A program made the translations under genes and the position numbers. From positions 194,509,784-194,573,783 of the forward strand of contig NC_068981.1 of NCBI RefSeq assembly GCF_001194135.2: a stretch of 64,000 bases of DNA, read 5' to 3'. The stretch is from Octopus bimaculoides. Its lineage: Eukaryota. The notes below the pieces were generated by a model that searched no databases, was not told the DNA's origin, and saw nothing but the letters and a program-made list of their open reading frames with translations. Of this stretch, positions 12,991-27,075 are shown piece after piece (within the stretch, counting starts at the first letter, position 1; each line of letters begins with the position of its first letter).

Positions 12991-14015
12991 CTTGTCAAAC
13001 TTTTCTACTCTAACTCTGGGCAACAGGGCCAGTTGATTAGATCAACCCCAGTACGCAACTGGTACTTAATTTATCGACCCCGAAAGGATGAAAGGCAAAG
13101 TTGACTTCAGTGGATTTTGAACTCAGAATGTAAAGACAGATGAAATACCACTAAGCATTTCGCCCGGCATGCTAACGTTTCTGCCAGCTCGCCGCCTTTA
13201 CTGTTTCTGTCCAACCCATGCCAGCATCGGAAACAAACGTTAAATGATGATTATGATCCTGGATATATCATCTCTAAATAGTAAAAACTGATATAAATGT
13301 TGGTCGGTCAGTTGGTTGGTTGGTTGGTTCCTCCAGTCACACTTTACATTGCATAGAGAGGCGGAGAGAAAGAGACTAAAAGAGGGATGCATTGAGAGTT
13401 AACTTAACATAAGAGGTGCAGGACGAGTGGTGCAAATCCATGGTTTGATGGCAGGCAATGAGTAAAGGAATGCAATAGACACACAGTGAGAGAGAGAGAG
13501 CTTCATTGAGATAGAGGAAAATGAAGAGAGAGAGAGTAAATGATAGTGTAGTTGAGATACAAACGAGAAATTCGTTTTATTTAATTTTGTTTTAAGATAA
13601 CGAAAAAATTTTCTTTTGAAAATGATATTCATTTCATCATTTTATATAATTACCAACAAATTTGATAAAACGAAATTAAAGTTACTATATGTACGTCATA
13701 TTTCTTGATATTATTCATTATGGCAAAAGTATAGTTCCAAACTTACCTGTCTGTGAAAGAGGAAGACCAAAGAAGAGCTGGGAAGTTGTGAAGGCTTGTT
13801 TTGCCAGACTGGGTCCCATGAACAATTAAGTGGTGAAAGAGTGTAGTGGAAAACTCAAACAGCCCATTTTGCTTGGGAATACAAACATACAGTGATCATG
13901 ATGATGTCTTTGTTATGCACCAAGTTATGTGTGTGTGTGTGTGTGTGTGTGTATGCGTGTATGTACATATATATAAAGATGTGCATATGTACGCATGTAT
14001 GTACATTATAAATAT

Positions 14016-14115
<100 letters not shown>

Positions 14116-14458
14116 NNNNNNNNNNNNNNNNNNNNNNNNNNNNNNNNNNNNNNNNNNNNNNNNNNNNNNNNNNNNNNNNNNNNNNNNNNNNNNNNNNNNN
14201 NNNNNNNNNNNNNNNNNNNNNNNNNNNNNNNNNNNNNNNNNNNNNNNNNNNNNNNNNNNNNNNNNNNNNNNNNNNNNNNNNNNNNNNNNNNNNNNNNNNN
14301 NNNNNNNNNNNNNNNNNNNNNNNNNNNNNNNNNNNNNNNNNNNNNNNNNNNNNNNNNNNNNNNNNNNNNNNNNNNNNNNNNNNNNNNNNNNNNNNNNNNN
14401 NNNNNNNNNNNNNNNNNNNNNNNNNNNNNNNNNNNNNNNNNNNNNNNNNNNNNNNNNN

Positions 14459-14499
<41 letters not shown>

Positions 14500-15984
14500 C
14501 GGTGTGAACGTATTTTTATAGGGCGCTGTATTTTACAATCCTGTAAATAATAATATTGGTATTTTTATATAAGCTTAAAGCTTATGGCGGTCACCGTGCA
14601 ATGACTAAGGAAAATAGTCTAATGACGGGGCATATAAGCCCTCGACAGAAAAAAGAAGGCTTATGCCTCGCCATATGAGTTAATTCATTCCCAGTGAACG
14701 CTTTTAAAGGGAAAACTCAAACAGAAAATAAAGCTCGTAAAAACTCGTAAACCCAGGGTCTCATAAATTGGGTCCTTGTACAGTGAGGTATTACTGTATG
14801 TATATATGTGTGTGTGTGTGTGTGGTGCTCCATTTTGATTATTTTCTGTTTCTGAATGCAACAATCTCATTAAGGTGTAATATTATAATGTCGACAATTC
14901 TCTGGCATCGTTAGACACTGCTGATTGGAAAACTACTACGTTAACACCTTTCTCCCTCCGTTTCTAAGTGATGGTCATCAAATTAGTTCAATACCCATCT
15001 GATTGATATCTATCAATTAGTAGATATTTGACTTCAATCAAAGTCACTTTAGATACTTACTGTCGACACTAATCTGTTCAGCTTATGCTGTCCAAGTTAT
15101 TTACATAACGAGCGCATTGTATTTTAATTGCTTTTTAATTAGGAGTACTAAGGAGATTACCATTTTCTTCTCAATGTTTGGAATTTTAAACATTCTTCAT
15201 ACTTACAAATTAAGTCAATTCACCGTTTGTCTGTAGACTCTGTGTGCTTAGTCACTGAGCCATGCGTGTGCAGGCAAGGCTGTGTGGGTAAGAAGTTTTG
15301 CTTCACAACCACCTGGTTCTAGGTTCAGTCTCATTGCATGGCACCTTGGGAAATCTTTTATTACAGCCTCATGCTGACCAATGCCTTGTGAGTGAATTTG
15401 GTAGACAAGATGGCAAACTGGCAGAGTTGTTTGGATGCTGGGAAAAATACTTAGTGGTATGTTGTCTGTCTTGATGTTCTAAGTTCAAATTTCATTGAGA
15501 TTGACTTTGCCTTTCACCCTTTCAAAGTTGATGAAATAAGAACCGGTATAGACGCAAGTGTGGCTGTGTGGTAAGAAGCTTGCTTCCCAACCACATGGTT
15601 CCGGGTTCAGTCCCACTGCGTGACACTTTGGGCAAATGTCCTCTACTACAGCCTCGGGACGACCAAAGCCTTGTGAGTGGATTTGGTTGTGTGTGTGTGT
15701 GTCTGTGTTTGTTCCCCCACCATCACTTGGCAACTGGTGTTGGTATGTTTACATCTCTGAAACTTAGTGGTTCGGCAAAAGAGACCGATAGAATAAGTGC
15801 TAATCTTACAAAGAATAAGTTCTGGGGTCGATTTGTTTGACTAAAGGTGGTGCTCCAGCATGGCCACTGTCAGATGACTGAAACAAGTAAAAGAATAACA
15901 CTGGTGTCGTTGTAATTGACTTACCCCCTTTCCCCCCAAAATTGCTGGCCTTGTGCCAAGGATCTAAGCCACTATTTGCTTTCC

Positions 15985-16635
15985 ATTCTGGCACGGCATT
16001 AACCGATGTAGACCATGCCGAGGATTTTGCCTTGCTCTCTGACACAATATCAAACCCCACCCGATTACTTCGTAGTCTAGAATTAGTTACGTATGATACT
16101 GGATTACCTGGTAATCCAAGTAAAACCAAGATCATTGCTCACAGTCAACAAGTATCCTTCACCAACATCAGCAGAGACCCCTGTCAATGAAGTTGATGAT
16201 TTCAGGTACTTTAGTTCTGAAACAGTCTCAACTGAAAAGGATGTAAAAAACTCAGACAGCCAAAGCATGGTCGGCCCCAAACAAACTGGATGTGGTCTAG
16301 AAATCAACCCTGTCAAACAACTTTATCCATGGAAGAGTAGAATCGGTCTTTTTATATGGAGTACAACCTGGATGCTTATCAAAAAACTAGAATCCAAGCA
16401 ATGTGAACTTACACCTGAATATTAAGAACGGTTTTAAACATATCTTGAAGAACTCATCCCACCAGGAAATAGCAGTGTGGAGATCTCCTTTCTATTTCCA
16501 GTATCATAAGGGAAAAGCACTGGTGAGCTAAACCAGAGCTGGCGAGTGGCCTACTGTTGTGGATGTCAAAGCATGGCTGTATTTGTGCTGGTTGTCCAAA
16601 CACAACATAGTGTCTCACCAGAGACACTGGACGCC
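15985..16635 (+). mobile_element. Decayed RTE-type LINE reverse-transcriptase fragment
   Basis: LTDVDHAEDFALLSDT (YADD degenerated to HAED), KTKII, EVDDFRYFSSE, HPT..CGDLLSISSIIRE, RDTG; frameshifts and stops. Confidence 0.85.
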
Positions 16636-17575
16636 TTCCCAAAGACCTCCCTCAACTAATGCAAGTCCAAGATGGATGGTGTGTGCTGGTTAAGTGTCCA
16701 AGCACAGCCAGATGGTGATGCTGCCTGACTGGCTCCCATTCCACGTAAAAAGCACCTTTCAAGTGTGGTTGTTGCCAGTGCCGCCTGATTGGCTCCCGTG
16801 CTGGTGGCCCGTAAAAAGCACCATTCAAGTCTAACCGATAACAGTACTGCCTGACTGGCCCTCGTGCCGGTGGCACATAAAAAGCACCCACTACACTCTT
16901 GGAGTGGTTGGCATTAGGAAGGGCATCCAGCTGTAGAAACATTGTCAGATCGGATTGGAACCTGGTGCAGCCTTTTGGCTCGCCAACCCTCAGTCAAACC
17001 ATCCAACCCATGCCAACATGGAAAGTGGACATTAAACGATGATGATGATGATGATGACATTATATAAATATATAGACATNNNNNNNNNNNNNNNNNNNNN
17101 NNNNNNNNNNNNNNNNNNNNNNNNNNNNNNNNNNNNNNNNNNNNNNNNNNNNNNNNNNNNNNNNNNNNNNNNNNNNNNNNNNNNNNNNNNNNNNNNNNNN
17201 NAGTCTGTCATACCGGCCATGATGAAATACCACAAGGTATAGAAAATACGTATTCGCCTTTATATATTTATATATTTAATCCTTTATATTGAACACTCAA
17301 TATTTCATCTATTCAATAAGACATATTCCATATATTCAATAAGACATTCAATACTTTATTTCATTGTACCATCCATTTTTATATTATATATTGTATATTC
17401 CATATTCTATATCCCACATTAATTTTACAAGAATATAAATAAAACATAAAAAACATACAGAGTTGGAACTCTTTTAAATAAAATAATACATATATATACA
17501 CACACACAATTATAAATCAGAGCAAAAGAAAAACAAATTTCTTTGCCAATATGCTGAAAAATAGACTCCCACTCA

Positions 17576-17990
17576 TTCTTTCCTCTTCCTCTCTCTCCCT
17601 CCCCATCTCCATCACTCCCCTTCCTCTCCACCTCTCTCTCTCCCCTTCCTCTCCATCTCTCTCTCTCTTCCTCTCCACCTCTCTCCTCCTTCCTCCATCT
17701 CTCTCCCCCATCTCTCTCCCCCTTTCTCTCTCTCCCTTCCTCTCCATCTCCGTCCCTTCCTCTCCATCTCTCTCTCTCCCTTTCTCTCTCTCCCTTCCTC
17801 TCCATTTCTCTCTCTCCCTCCCTTCCTCTCCATCTCTCTCTCCCTTCCTCCCCATCTCTCCTTTCCTCTCCATTTCTCTCTCTCTCTCCCTTTCTCTCCC
17901 TATCTCTCTCCTCCTTCCTCTATCTCTCTCCCCCTTCCATGTTCCTTCCTCTACTTCCCTCTCTCCCTTCCCCATCTCCCCCCACGCTTT
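17576..17990. repeat. CT-rich low-complexity tract (others at 26530-26880 and 55670-56150)
   Basis: Degenerate (CTCTCC/CCTT)n; source of spurious ORFs. Confidence 0.9.
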
Positions 17991-19410
17991 GATGTTACAT
18001 GTCCCCCTTTCCCCTACTGTGAACCCTCCCTCCCCTCCGCCTCTACTTTCAGTAGAAGTGAAGGATACTGTTGTTACCGTAGCAACCACAACTGAGTTCC
18101 CAGTCAGTTTGTTCTAATAAATCTTCTCTGCCAGCGACTTTATGGTTCACTTGAATATTTAAGATTCTGTTCAGAGACAGCAGTGAAAGCTGCTGGTTCT
18201 TTATTGCATGTCTTGCAGAATGATGATGGCTTACCATTCCTTTCTGCGTGGAATGTTTCCTAATGAACTCGCTATCGTCCAGCTAATTATACAGCACATT
18301 AACCGCCAAAGGAGACTGGGGAATTTACTTGTTTAACCCCAGGTCAACCTTGATCAAAAGCAGACCGCTAACCAGAAACAGGTCTTTGATCAAAAGACTA
18401 TCCTGTCTTTCCTTTTGTGCAGGGAAAACCTCTTGACTGCATAATCCAATTTGGCCTTTGTTTTCAAAGGTAATAGAGTGTGATCTGAAGGGGATATGGT
18501 TGCTATTTCCAATGACTTTAAGTGGCCATATATTGATTTCCTCATTGTTTTGTGTTTAGAGCTGTGCTTAGGTGTGGTAACATAGGAGAGAGAGATACTG
18601 TATGCACTTCTTATGTTACTGTTGTTGTTATTTAATTTCTGGTTAGTCCTGATCAGGCAGAGCCATGGCCAATGGCAGGCCATCTATAATGATGATGATG
18701 ATGATGATGGTGATCGTCATCGTCATTTAATGTCTGACTATCCTGCTAGAATGGGTTGGACAGTTTGGTGGGATCCAATGAATTAGAGGACTGTGTCGAG
18801 CCCTAATGTGTTTTGGCATGGCTTCAACGATTGGATGCCCTTCCCAACATTAACCCTCTTTTATAAATATCTAACTGACCCATATCTTCTTGCACCTCCC
18901 CCTCCTCATCATCACCATTTAACGTCTGTTTTCCATGCTGGCATTGGTTGGACAGTTTGACAGGAGCTGGCCAGCCAGAGACATGCACCAGTCTGCAACT
19001 CTGTTTTGGCTTGCTTTCCATACCTGGATGCCCTTCCTACTTTACAAAATGTATTGAGTGCTTTTTACATGGCACAGGTACTGGATACCTGACACTGGCA
19101 CAGATACTTTTTACATGACACTAGTTGGCACAGGTGCATTTTACTATGTATTGTCTAAGATCATGTTTCTCAACCATTCTTTGCCTATTGAGCCATTTTG
19201 TTCCTGTTATACTCAAGTGGACCCCCTAGTCATTCGATGTTTAAAGAATCCTATTATATTTTTACAATCAAATGTTATTAGGAATTATATGAAAATAATT
19301 TTTTAAATATTTTGTGTGTATTTTAGAAGTGTAACGAATTTATTGCAGATGAATTTTAACAACAAAATCTGTATGGACTCTTGGTCTAAGATGACTCTTG
19401 GTCTAAGATG

Positions 19411-19596
19411 ACTCTGTCCTTGAAAATTACTATTTGTAAATCTCACAAGGAGAGATATTCAGCAACAGTATTTTGTAGTAAAGATTGTTTGCCAACATAA
19501 CATGGCAGTCCTGGTTTAGGACGAATGTTGCTGTAATTTAGCCCCAGTACTGTTGCTGAATATCTCTCATTGTGAGATTTACAAATAGTAATTTTC
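19411..19596 (-). mobile_element. Family P2 copy with 49-bp inverted arms
   Basis: 19422-19470 and 19548-19596 are reverse complements at 48/49 positions and enclose 77 nt of the P2 body. Confidence 0.75.
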
Positions 19597-19869
19597 TAAA
19601 CTAATAACACTTATTTATTTTATTGATTACCTATTAGCTTGTTGTCTTGTTGCATTCAGAGATTAACTTACCAGGTTCAGTTTTTGCCATTAAATCTATG
19701 ATCTATTGATTGATTGATCTCTGTATAAATGGATGCAGGCGTTGCTATGCTGTTAAGATGTTGGCTGTGTAACTACGTGAGTTTGAGTTCAAATTCACTG
19801 TATGGCACCTTAGATAACGGTCATCTACCCCAACCTTAGGCTGAACAGAGTCGTGTGATTGAACTTTGG

Positions 19870-20345
19870 GACATGGAAACATTGGAGGGACCATTCCATG
19901 CTCACAGGGTTCTTATGCCTGAGAATATCTTGTATCTTTTTATCAGGCCACCATTTGATCATGCATTGAATATTGCTGTCGTCTTTGAGCTGTTATGTCC
20001 TCAGTTTGCCTTAGCTTGCTTGATTGAATTCAGAATCAAGCTGTTAACATGGTGGAGCGTCTTCTTTCTTCCTGAATGGAGTCTTTGGCTCATCATTGAA
20101 ATGTATCTTTGTTATATCTTTACTATAAGTATTTCCATGGTCATTGCTCTGACGTCGTTACTGGTCGAGGACCCTCTGTCAAAACCTTTAAACATGTCCC
20201 CTGTTTCTCTGGCCAGGCACATAGTTTCTCTGTTGAGCTTTTTGTTAGTCATAAGTCCTTTTATTCTAATAACTTCATTCCTCAAACTGTTGCTCTCTGG
20301 AACGCAGTACCATCATCTTGGTCTATGATATTCAGTTCTTTAAGC
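19870..20345 (+). mobile_element. 3' end of a jockey/CR1-group LINE ORF2
   Basis: LYLYYKYFHGHCSD...HSFSVE...SFYSNNFIPQTVALWNAVP matches the 'LFYRYFHG.CS....NSF.PRT..LWNSLP' C-terminal motif. Confidence 0.75.
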
Positions 20346-20669
20346 TTTCAATTAATTGATATCCTTTGAATTTGTAACTCCCCCCTCCATTCTTTACCTT
20401 CTTTTTTATCCCTTATTCTGCAGGGACCTCAAGTCTTGTTTGGGACAAAATCATATTCTGTGTTTTTTTTTTACTTGTTTCACTCATTTGACTGACCATA
20501 CTGGAGCTCTGCCTTTAGTCGAACAAATTGACCTCAAGACTTATTCTTTGTAAGCCTAGTATTTATTCTATTGATCTCTTTTGCCAAACTGCTAAGTTAC
20601 ATGAACGTAAACACACCAGCATCAGTTGTCAAATGATTGGTGGAGGGACAAACACAAACACACAAACAT

Positions 20670-20945
20670 ATATATATANNNNNNNNNNTATACATATATA
20701 CATATATTCATATATACATATATACATATATTCATATATACATATATACATATATTCATATATACATATATACATATATTCATATATACATATATACATA
20801 TATTCATATATACATATATACATATATTCATATATACATATATTCATATATTCATATATACATATATTCATATATTCATATATTCATATATATATATTCA
20901 TATATACACAATAAATAAATAACAAATATATATTCATATATACAC
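20670..20945. repeat. About 22-bp TA-rich minisatellite (TATACATATATACATATATTCA)n
   Basis: Direct tandem periodicity. Confidence 0.85.
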
Positions 20946-21283
20946 AATGGGCTTCTTTCAGTTTCCATCTACCAAATCCACTCACAAGGCTTTGGTCAGC
21001 CTGAGGCTATAGCAGAAGACACTTGCACATGGTGTCATTTGGTTTGTAAGCAAGTTTCTTACCACACAGTTACGCAAGCGCCTATCCCATAAAAAATATT
21101 TCCTGGATGGATGGTAGACCTTAATCAGATGCTTGGTTTAATATCACCACTTGACCTTTAGGTACCTTTAGCAGAGGCCATGCTGCAGCAAGCATTTTAA
21201 GCCAAGTCTTTGGTTTAAGGTTAACTTTTCTTTCTCCTCACCAGACACAGAAAGTCTGTAAAATCATGCTGCCCTTCTTCCTC

Positions 21284-21979
21284 TTAACCCTTTTGTTACT
21301 GTATTAATTTTGAGATGTTCTGTGTTTCTTTCAATTAATTTTAAATATAACAAAGAATTTAAAAAATAACTTAGTTATCATTCAGCTAGTGTTAGGAACA
21401 TAAATTGTGACTAAGGTTTGGTGGAAGATTTTAATTCAAATCTTATGAAAACAAGACATTTGTACTTCAGAGTCACTTTCAGCCAGGTTGGTATCGAAAG
21501 GGTTAAATTAATCATTTGCCAACCCTTCTATTACAATATTTCTGTTGAGATGCTCTGTATTTCTTTCAATTAATTTTAAATATAACAAAGAATTTAGTAA
21601 AATAACTTAGTTATCATTAAGCTAGTGTTAGGAACATAAATTGTGACTAACATTTGGTGGAAGATTTTAATTCAAAACTTATGAAAACAAGACATTTGTA
21701 CTCAGAGCCAGAGGTGGTTTTAGCTGGGTCAGTATGAAAAGGGTTAAATTAATCATTTGTTAACCCTTTTGTTACCATATTTCTGTTGAGATGCTCTGCG
21801 TTTCTTTCAATTAATTTTAAACATAACAAAGAATTTAGTAAAATAACTAAATTATCATTAAGTTAGTGTAAGGAACATAAATTGTGATTAAGGTTTGGTG
21901 GAAGATTTTAATTCAAAACTTGTGAAAACAAGACATTTGTACTAAAGAACCAGAGGTGGTTTCAGCCGGGTTGGTATCA
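21284..21979. mobile_element. Three tandem copies of a roughly 225-bp piggyBac-type MITE
   Basis: TTAA-CCCTT...AAGGG-TTAA ends; copies separated by the same 12-nt spacer ATTAATCATTTG; third copy lacks its right end. Confidence 0.8.
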
Positions 21980-22669
21980 CCTAAAACTTCTCAAGCAATG
22001 GAAACAAACCCATCACTATTTCTGTCCTGTAAGTCATCACAACAGAAAGATTGTTAATGTTCAGTTATTCTCAGCCACATATTTGCAGGAACATCAACTG
22101 CAAGAAGAAAATAATTACAACAAAATCCTTTTCTCTGACGGAATATATTGAAGTGAAAAAAAAAAAAGAAGACAATTTTCAATAATAAGTCAGTAAATTC
22201 TTCCAAGAATAAACATGCCAGGAACTTCTTGAAAATTCAGCAATAATCTTATAATATCCTTTCGACACATTGTTTTTATATTAATATCTGCAATAAGATC
22301 TCTGGAATCAGTCTTACATATATAATTTAGTTTTCTAAAATCATTGATCAGTAACAAAACCATTCTCTATGGATCTTCAGATGCTAATCTTGGTACCTTG
22401 TTTTTATTATTATTCATTTTATTACTTTTTCCAAAATTCCAAATTGAATAAAGTTTGCTGCTGTCAATATTATCTATGGATTTTGTCTTTCTTTATTCTG
22501 AGAATATGGTAAATATTAAAATTCAATTCCTGTCACTCAGTAAACAATGGAGGAGATTCCAGTCTCAGACAACATGTTACTGCAAGAAAAACAAGCATAA
22601 TTCCAGTGCTGTTTCACTTTTGAAATGTTGGATGCAATAATGGTAATTCTTTCAAGGGAGAAAAATGTT

Positions 22670-22745
22670 GTAGCTGTGTGGTTAAGGCGATAGACTAGAA
22701 ATTTATTGGGGTCTCTCTTCAGAGGTTCAAATCCTATCAGTGATG
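22670..22745 (+). pseudogene. tRNA-Ser(AGA) pseudogene
   Basis: gtagctgtg-tggttaaggcgatagactAGAaatttattggggtctc...ggttcaaatcct aligns to eukaryotic tRNA-Ser(AGA) including the long variable arm; D-arm deletion and broken acceptor stem. Confidence 0.75.
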
Positions 22746-25700
22746 TTAGTTTTGTGAGGTTTTTTTTGTCGGCACAGGTATGGCTGTGTAGTTGCAACCA
22801 TGTGGTTTTGAGTTCAGTTCCACTGTATGGTACCTTGAACAAGTGTTTTCTACCATAGCCCTTGTGAATGAATTTAGTTGACGAAAACTATGTGGAAGCC
22901 CTTGATATATATATCTGTGTGTGTGTGTGTATGTCTTCATTCCACCACCACTTGATAACCATTATTGGTTTGTTTACATCCCCATAAGGTAGCAATTCAT
23001 AAAAAAAGATCGATAAAAAAAAGTGCCAGGCTTACAAAATAAGTTCTGGGGTCGAGTCATTTGACTAAAAGTTCATCAAGACAGTGCCCCAGTATGACCA
23101 CAGTCCAATGACTGAAACAAGTAATAAAGAAAAAGAGATAAAACAATGATAATGAATGATAGAACAGAACGCTATCCCATGAGTCCATTATCTTAGCCTC
23201 AAAAGAGTGTCACATGACTGCTTTTCCTGTTTCTCCTGAATTTATTTCCTATCAACTAAATAATTAATTCAGCTTGTTATCAGTTGTTAATGAGATAATT
23301 AAATATTTTTGTTATTTATTTTTTGCTGTATTCTTTAATGTTTAGATTATGTTTTTCAATTTCTTCTTTTTTCAATAATCTCGTCATTCTTTAATCTCCA
23401 GTTTTTGGCTTCTTTTGATTGTTATTTACGGAGATTTGTTCTTCATCACTTTCATTATCCATGTCATCATCGTCATCATCATCATGATCATGATCATCAC
23501 TGCTGTCACCATTATAATCTCTCTTATTTCTATTATCACTATCCTCCTCATTAAGGTGATTTGACTCCCATTAACATGTCAATGATAATGATTTGCTGTA
23601 TTTTCTTTGGTTCTCTACACCCTGAGTTCAAATCTCACCAAGGTCAACTTTGCCTTCCATCTTTTCGGGGTCAATCAAAGTACTGAGGTCACTTCTTTCT
23701 CTCTCACTCCCCACTTCTCTCTCTGGATTGTACCTGTAATTCAAAGCACTGATCTTATTGTTTCATGCTGATTCAGCTTGTCTGTGGGATACTCGGCCAC
23801 TTATATATCAATTTCCCTATTAGGGATTCACTTGGTTGATCATTGAGACTAACAAAGATTGTTAATTATCGTCACTGTCATAATCCTTTCTACTAGAGGC
23901 ACAAAGCCTGAAATTTTGAGGGGAGGGGCAAGTTGGTTACATCAACTCCAGTGTTCGACTTGTACTTATTTCATTGACCCCGAAATGAGGAAAGGCAAAG
24001 TTGACCTCGGCAGAATTTGAACTCAGAATGTAAAGACAGACGAAATACTGATAACCATTTTGCCCAGCATGCTAACAGTTCTGCCAGCGTGTCACCTTAA
24101 TCATCAACCTTAATCAGCAACCTTTTGCAGAACCCTAGGGTTCCAGGGAACCCTAATTGAGAAACACTGGGTTAGAGTGTTGGACTCATGATCGCAAGGT
24201 TGTGGTTTTGATTCCTGGACCGGGCTGTGTTGTGTTCTTGAGCAAAACACTTCATTTCACGTTGCTCCAGTCCACTCAGCTGGCAAAAATAATCCTGTGA
24301 CAAACCAGCATCCCGTCCAGGTGAGGGGGTGGTGTATATGCCATGGAAACCAGGAAACCGGCTCTTATGGGCCTGGCATAACTTGAGAAGGAAACATCTT
24401 TTTTTTTTCTATTTATCAGGTCCAAACATTCTAGCTTGTTTCATGTTCAAACTGGCTGCATTCAGCCTCTCACATCTAGCCTATATTTCATTCTAGAAAT
24501 AAACAATCACATCATTGGCATTAGGAAGGGCATCCAGCTGTAGAAACATTGACAGATCAGATTGGAGCCTGGTGCAGCCTTTTGGCTGTCCAGACCTCAG
24601 TCAAACCGTCTAACCCATGCCAGCATGGAAAACGGATGTTAAACGATGATGATGATCATTATAATTTCAAAGCTACAGGATATCATCATCATCATCATTG
24701 TCGTTTAACATCTGCTTTCCATGCTGGCATGGGTTGAATGGTTTGACTGAGGACTGGTGAGCCAGAAGGCTGCACCAAGCTCAATCTGATCTGGCAAAGA
24801 TTCCTAATGCCAACCACTCCGAGAGTGTAATGGGTGCTTTTACGTGCCACCGGCACAAGGGCCAGTCAGGCAGTACTGGCAATGACCACGCTCAAAAGGT
24901 GTTTATTACATGCTACCTGCACTGGAGCCAGTCTGGCAGCACTGGCAATGACCACACTCGAATGTTGTTTTTCATGTGCCACCAGCACATGTGCTAGTAA
25001 GACGACACTGGTAACGACCACGTTCAAATGGTGCTTTTTACATCATGCCACCAGCACGGGAGCCAATCCGTGGACCTGGCAACAATCACGCTCAGATGTG
25101 CTTTTAATGTTCTATTAGCGTGAGCACCTATCAGGTGGTACTGTCATCGGCCATGTCAGCGATTTTGATTTGATTACGTATGATTAATTAAAAACAATGT
25201 GAATAAATAAGCAATATATTTGATAGTAATCTGAATGCTAAAGGGTTAACAGGAGAAATCCTTGCTGCTTACAAAACTAACCCCTTTTCAGAACTTCTCC
25301 CATCCCTCCCTTATTAGAGCTACTGTATTATCACCTGTACACCTCCAACATTAATTAGGTCACCTAGGTAACAGAAACTAGCAACTACTTTCTCATTGAA
25401 CCAACAACTCAGCTGTTTGTGTACTTTCGTTACCAGTTATCCTTCCTGCTGACTTCTTTAGTACACCTGTACCAAGTAATGTCCTGGTTCTCTATCTCTT
25501 CACCTGAAATCTCATTGCATCGTTGAGTTCACACCTTCACATCCAGATGGCACTGCTGTTTATTTTATTGATCTCAGATGGATGTAAAACAAAATTGACC
25601 ATGACAGGATTTGAACTCTGAATGTTCTCAATTAGCATTTTTGGCTTTAACAATATTGTAAAAACCTTGCCAAAACTGACCTTGCCTGTGCTTGTGCCAC

Positions 25701-26683
25701 ATAAAAAGCACTAAGTCCACTCTGCTGAATGGTTGGTGCTAGGAAGAGCATCCAGCTGTAAAAATCCTGCCAAAACAGTCACAGAAGTCTGGTGCAGGCT
25801 TCTGCCTGGCCGGCTCCTGTCAACCCATCCCACCCATGCCAGTGTGGAAGGCGGATGTTAGTTGATCAAGATGATGGTGATGATAACACTGGGATTGATG
25901 CAGTCAACATANNNNNNNNNNNNNNNNNNNNNNNNNNNNNNNNNNNNNNNNNNNNNNNNNNNNNNNNNNNNNNNNNNNNNNNNNNNNNNNNNNNNCTTGC
26001 TGGCCTGGTACCAAAATTTGTAACCATTACCGTCATCATCATCGTCATCATGATGTTTATGAGTGTATAAATTAATTCATTTTCCTACATTCCTGGCAAC
26101 AATCTTTATTAATTTCCCCGCAGGTTTTTTCTTAGATACACTTAGGCTTCATGGTGTAGAATATTATTGTTTTTTTTTTTTACATTTTTACACTGTTTAA
26201 ATCTAAAGAAGACATATAAAAAAAAGAAAAAACAATGAAAATATAAAGAACATCCCCAGCATTTTAAGTGGCAACATTGTCGCTTTAAAGACTATTGCAT
26301 GTATATTCGATTAAAGAGACCGCAAAATATTGTATTGATCAAAATATAAGACTGGCTTAGAAATAAGAGTTTGGCTGAGTTTGGCTGCTGAATTGTCTTT
26401 TATTAGCATTTCTCGCTTACATTACCAAAAGATGAGCATCAAAAACTTCCTCTCAAGAACTGCCAGATGAATTGCTATCAAAAAGAAAGAAACAAAAAAA
26501 AAACACACAAGTTTATATATTTCACACACATACACACTCTCTGTCTGTCTGTCTGTCTGACTGTCTTTCTCTCACTCTTTCTTTTTCACTCTTTCTTTCT
26601 CTCTCACTCTTCCTTCCTTTCTTTCTTTTTCTTTCTTTCTTTCTTTCTCTCTCTTTCTTTCTTTCTCTCTCACTCTTTCTTTC

Positions 26684-26714
<31 letters not shown>

Positions 26715-26882
26715 CTCTCTTTCTTTCTCTCTCACTCTTTCTTTCTTTCTCTTACTCTTTCTTTCTTTCTTTCACTCTTTCTTTCTTTCTTTCTTTCTCT
26801 CTCTCTTTCTCTCTCCCTTTTTTCCTTTCTTTCTTTCTCTCCCACTCTTCTTTCCTTCCTTCCTTCCTTCCTTCCTTTGCCA

Positions 26883-27075
26883 TACGATACGATCTGTGTC
26901 TTTATATTTTCAAACAAAGGAATCTAGCACTCCCACTCGAAAATATTGTTCAAAAATATAAGGACACAGATCGTGTCGTATAGCCAGCTGGAGACAATGT
27001 CTCCTGGGGCTAAATTACAGCAACATTCGTCCTAAACTAGGACTGCCATGTTATGTTGGCAAGCAATCTTTAATA
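26883..27075 (+). mobile_element. Family P2 copy with an inverted 5' segment
   Basis: 26883-26917 and 26946-26980 are inverted repeats (31/35); the loop is the reverse complement of sequence colinear in the copy near 5418-5445. Confidence 0.7.

Noticed and set aside
12056-13104. 260-307 aa ORFs with repeated ARPGDGKAG peptides
   Set aside because: Translation of a 16-bp minisatellite plus an N gap; the same applies to other X-filled ORFs.
18200-18335. Candidate extra LYST exon or small ORF after gtcttgcag
   Set aside because: The phase-0 reading hits TAA after 14 codons, there is no good donor and no similarity to LYST.
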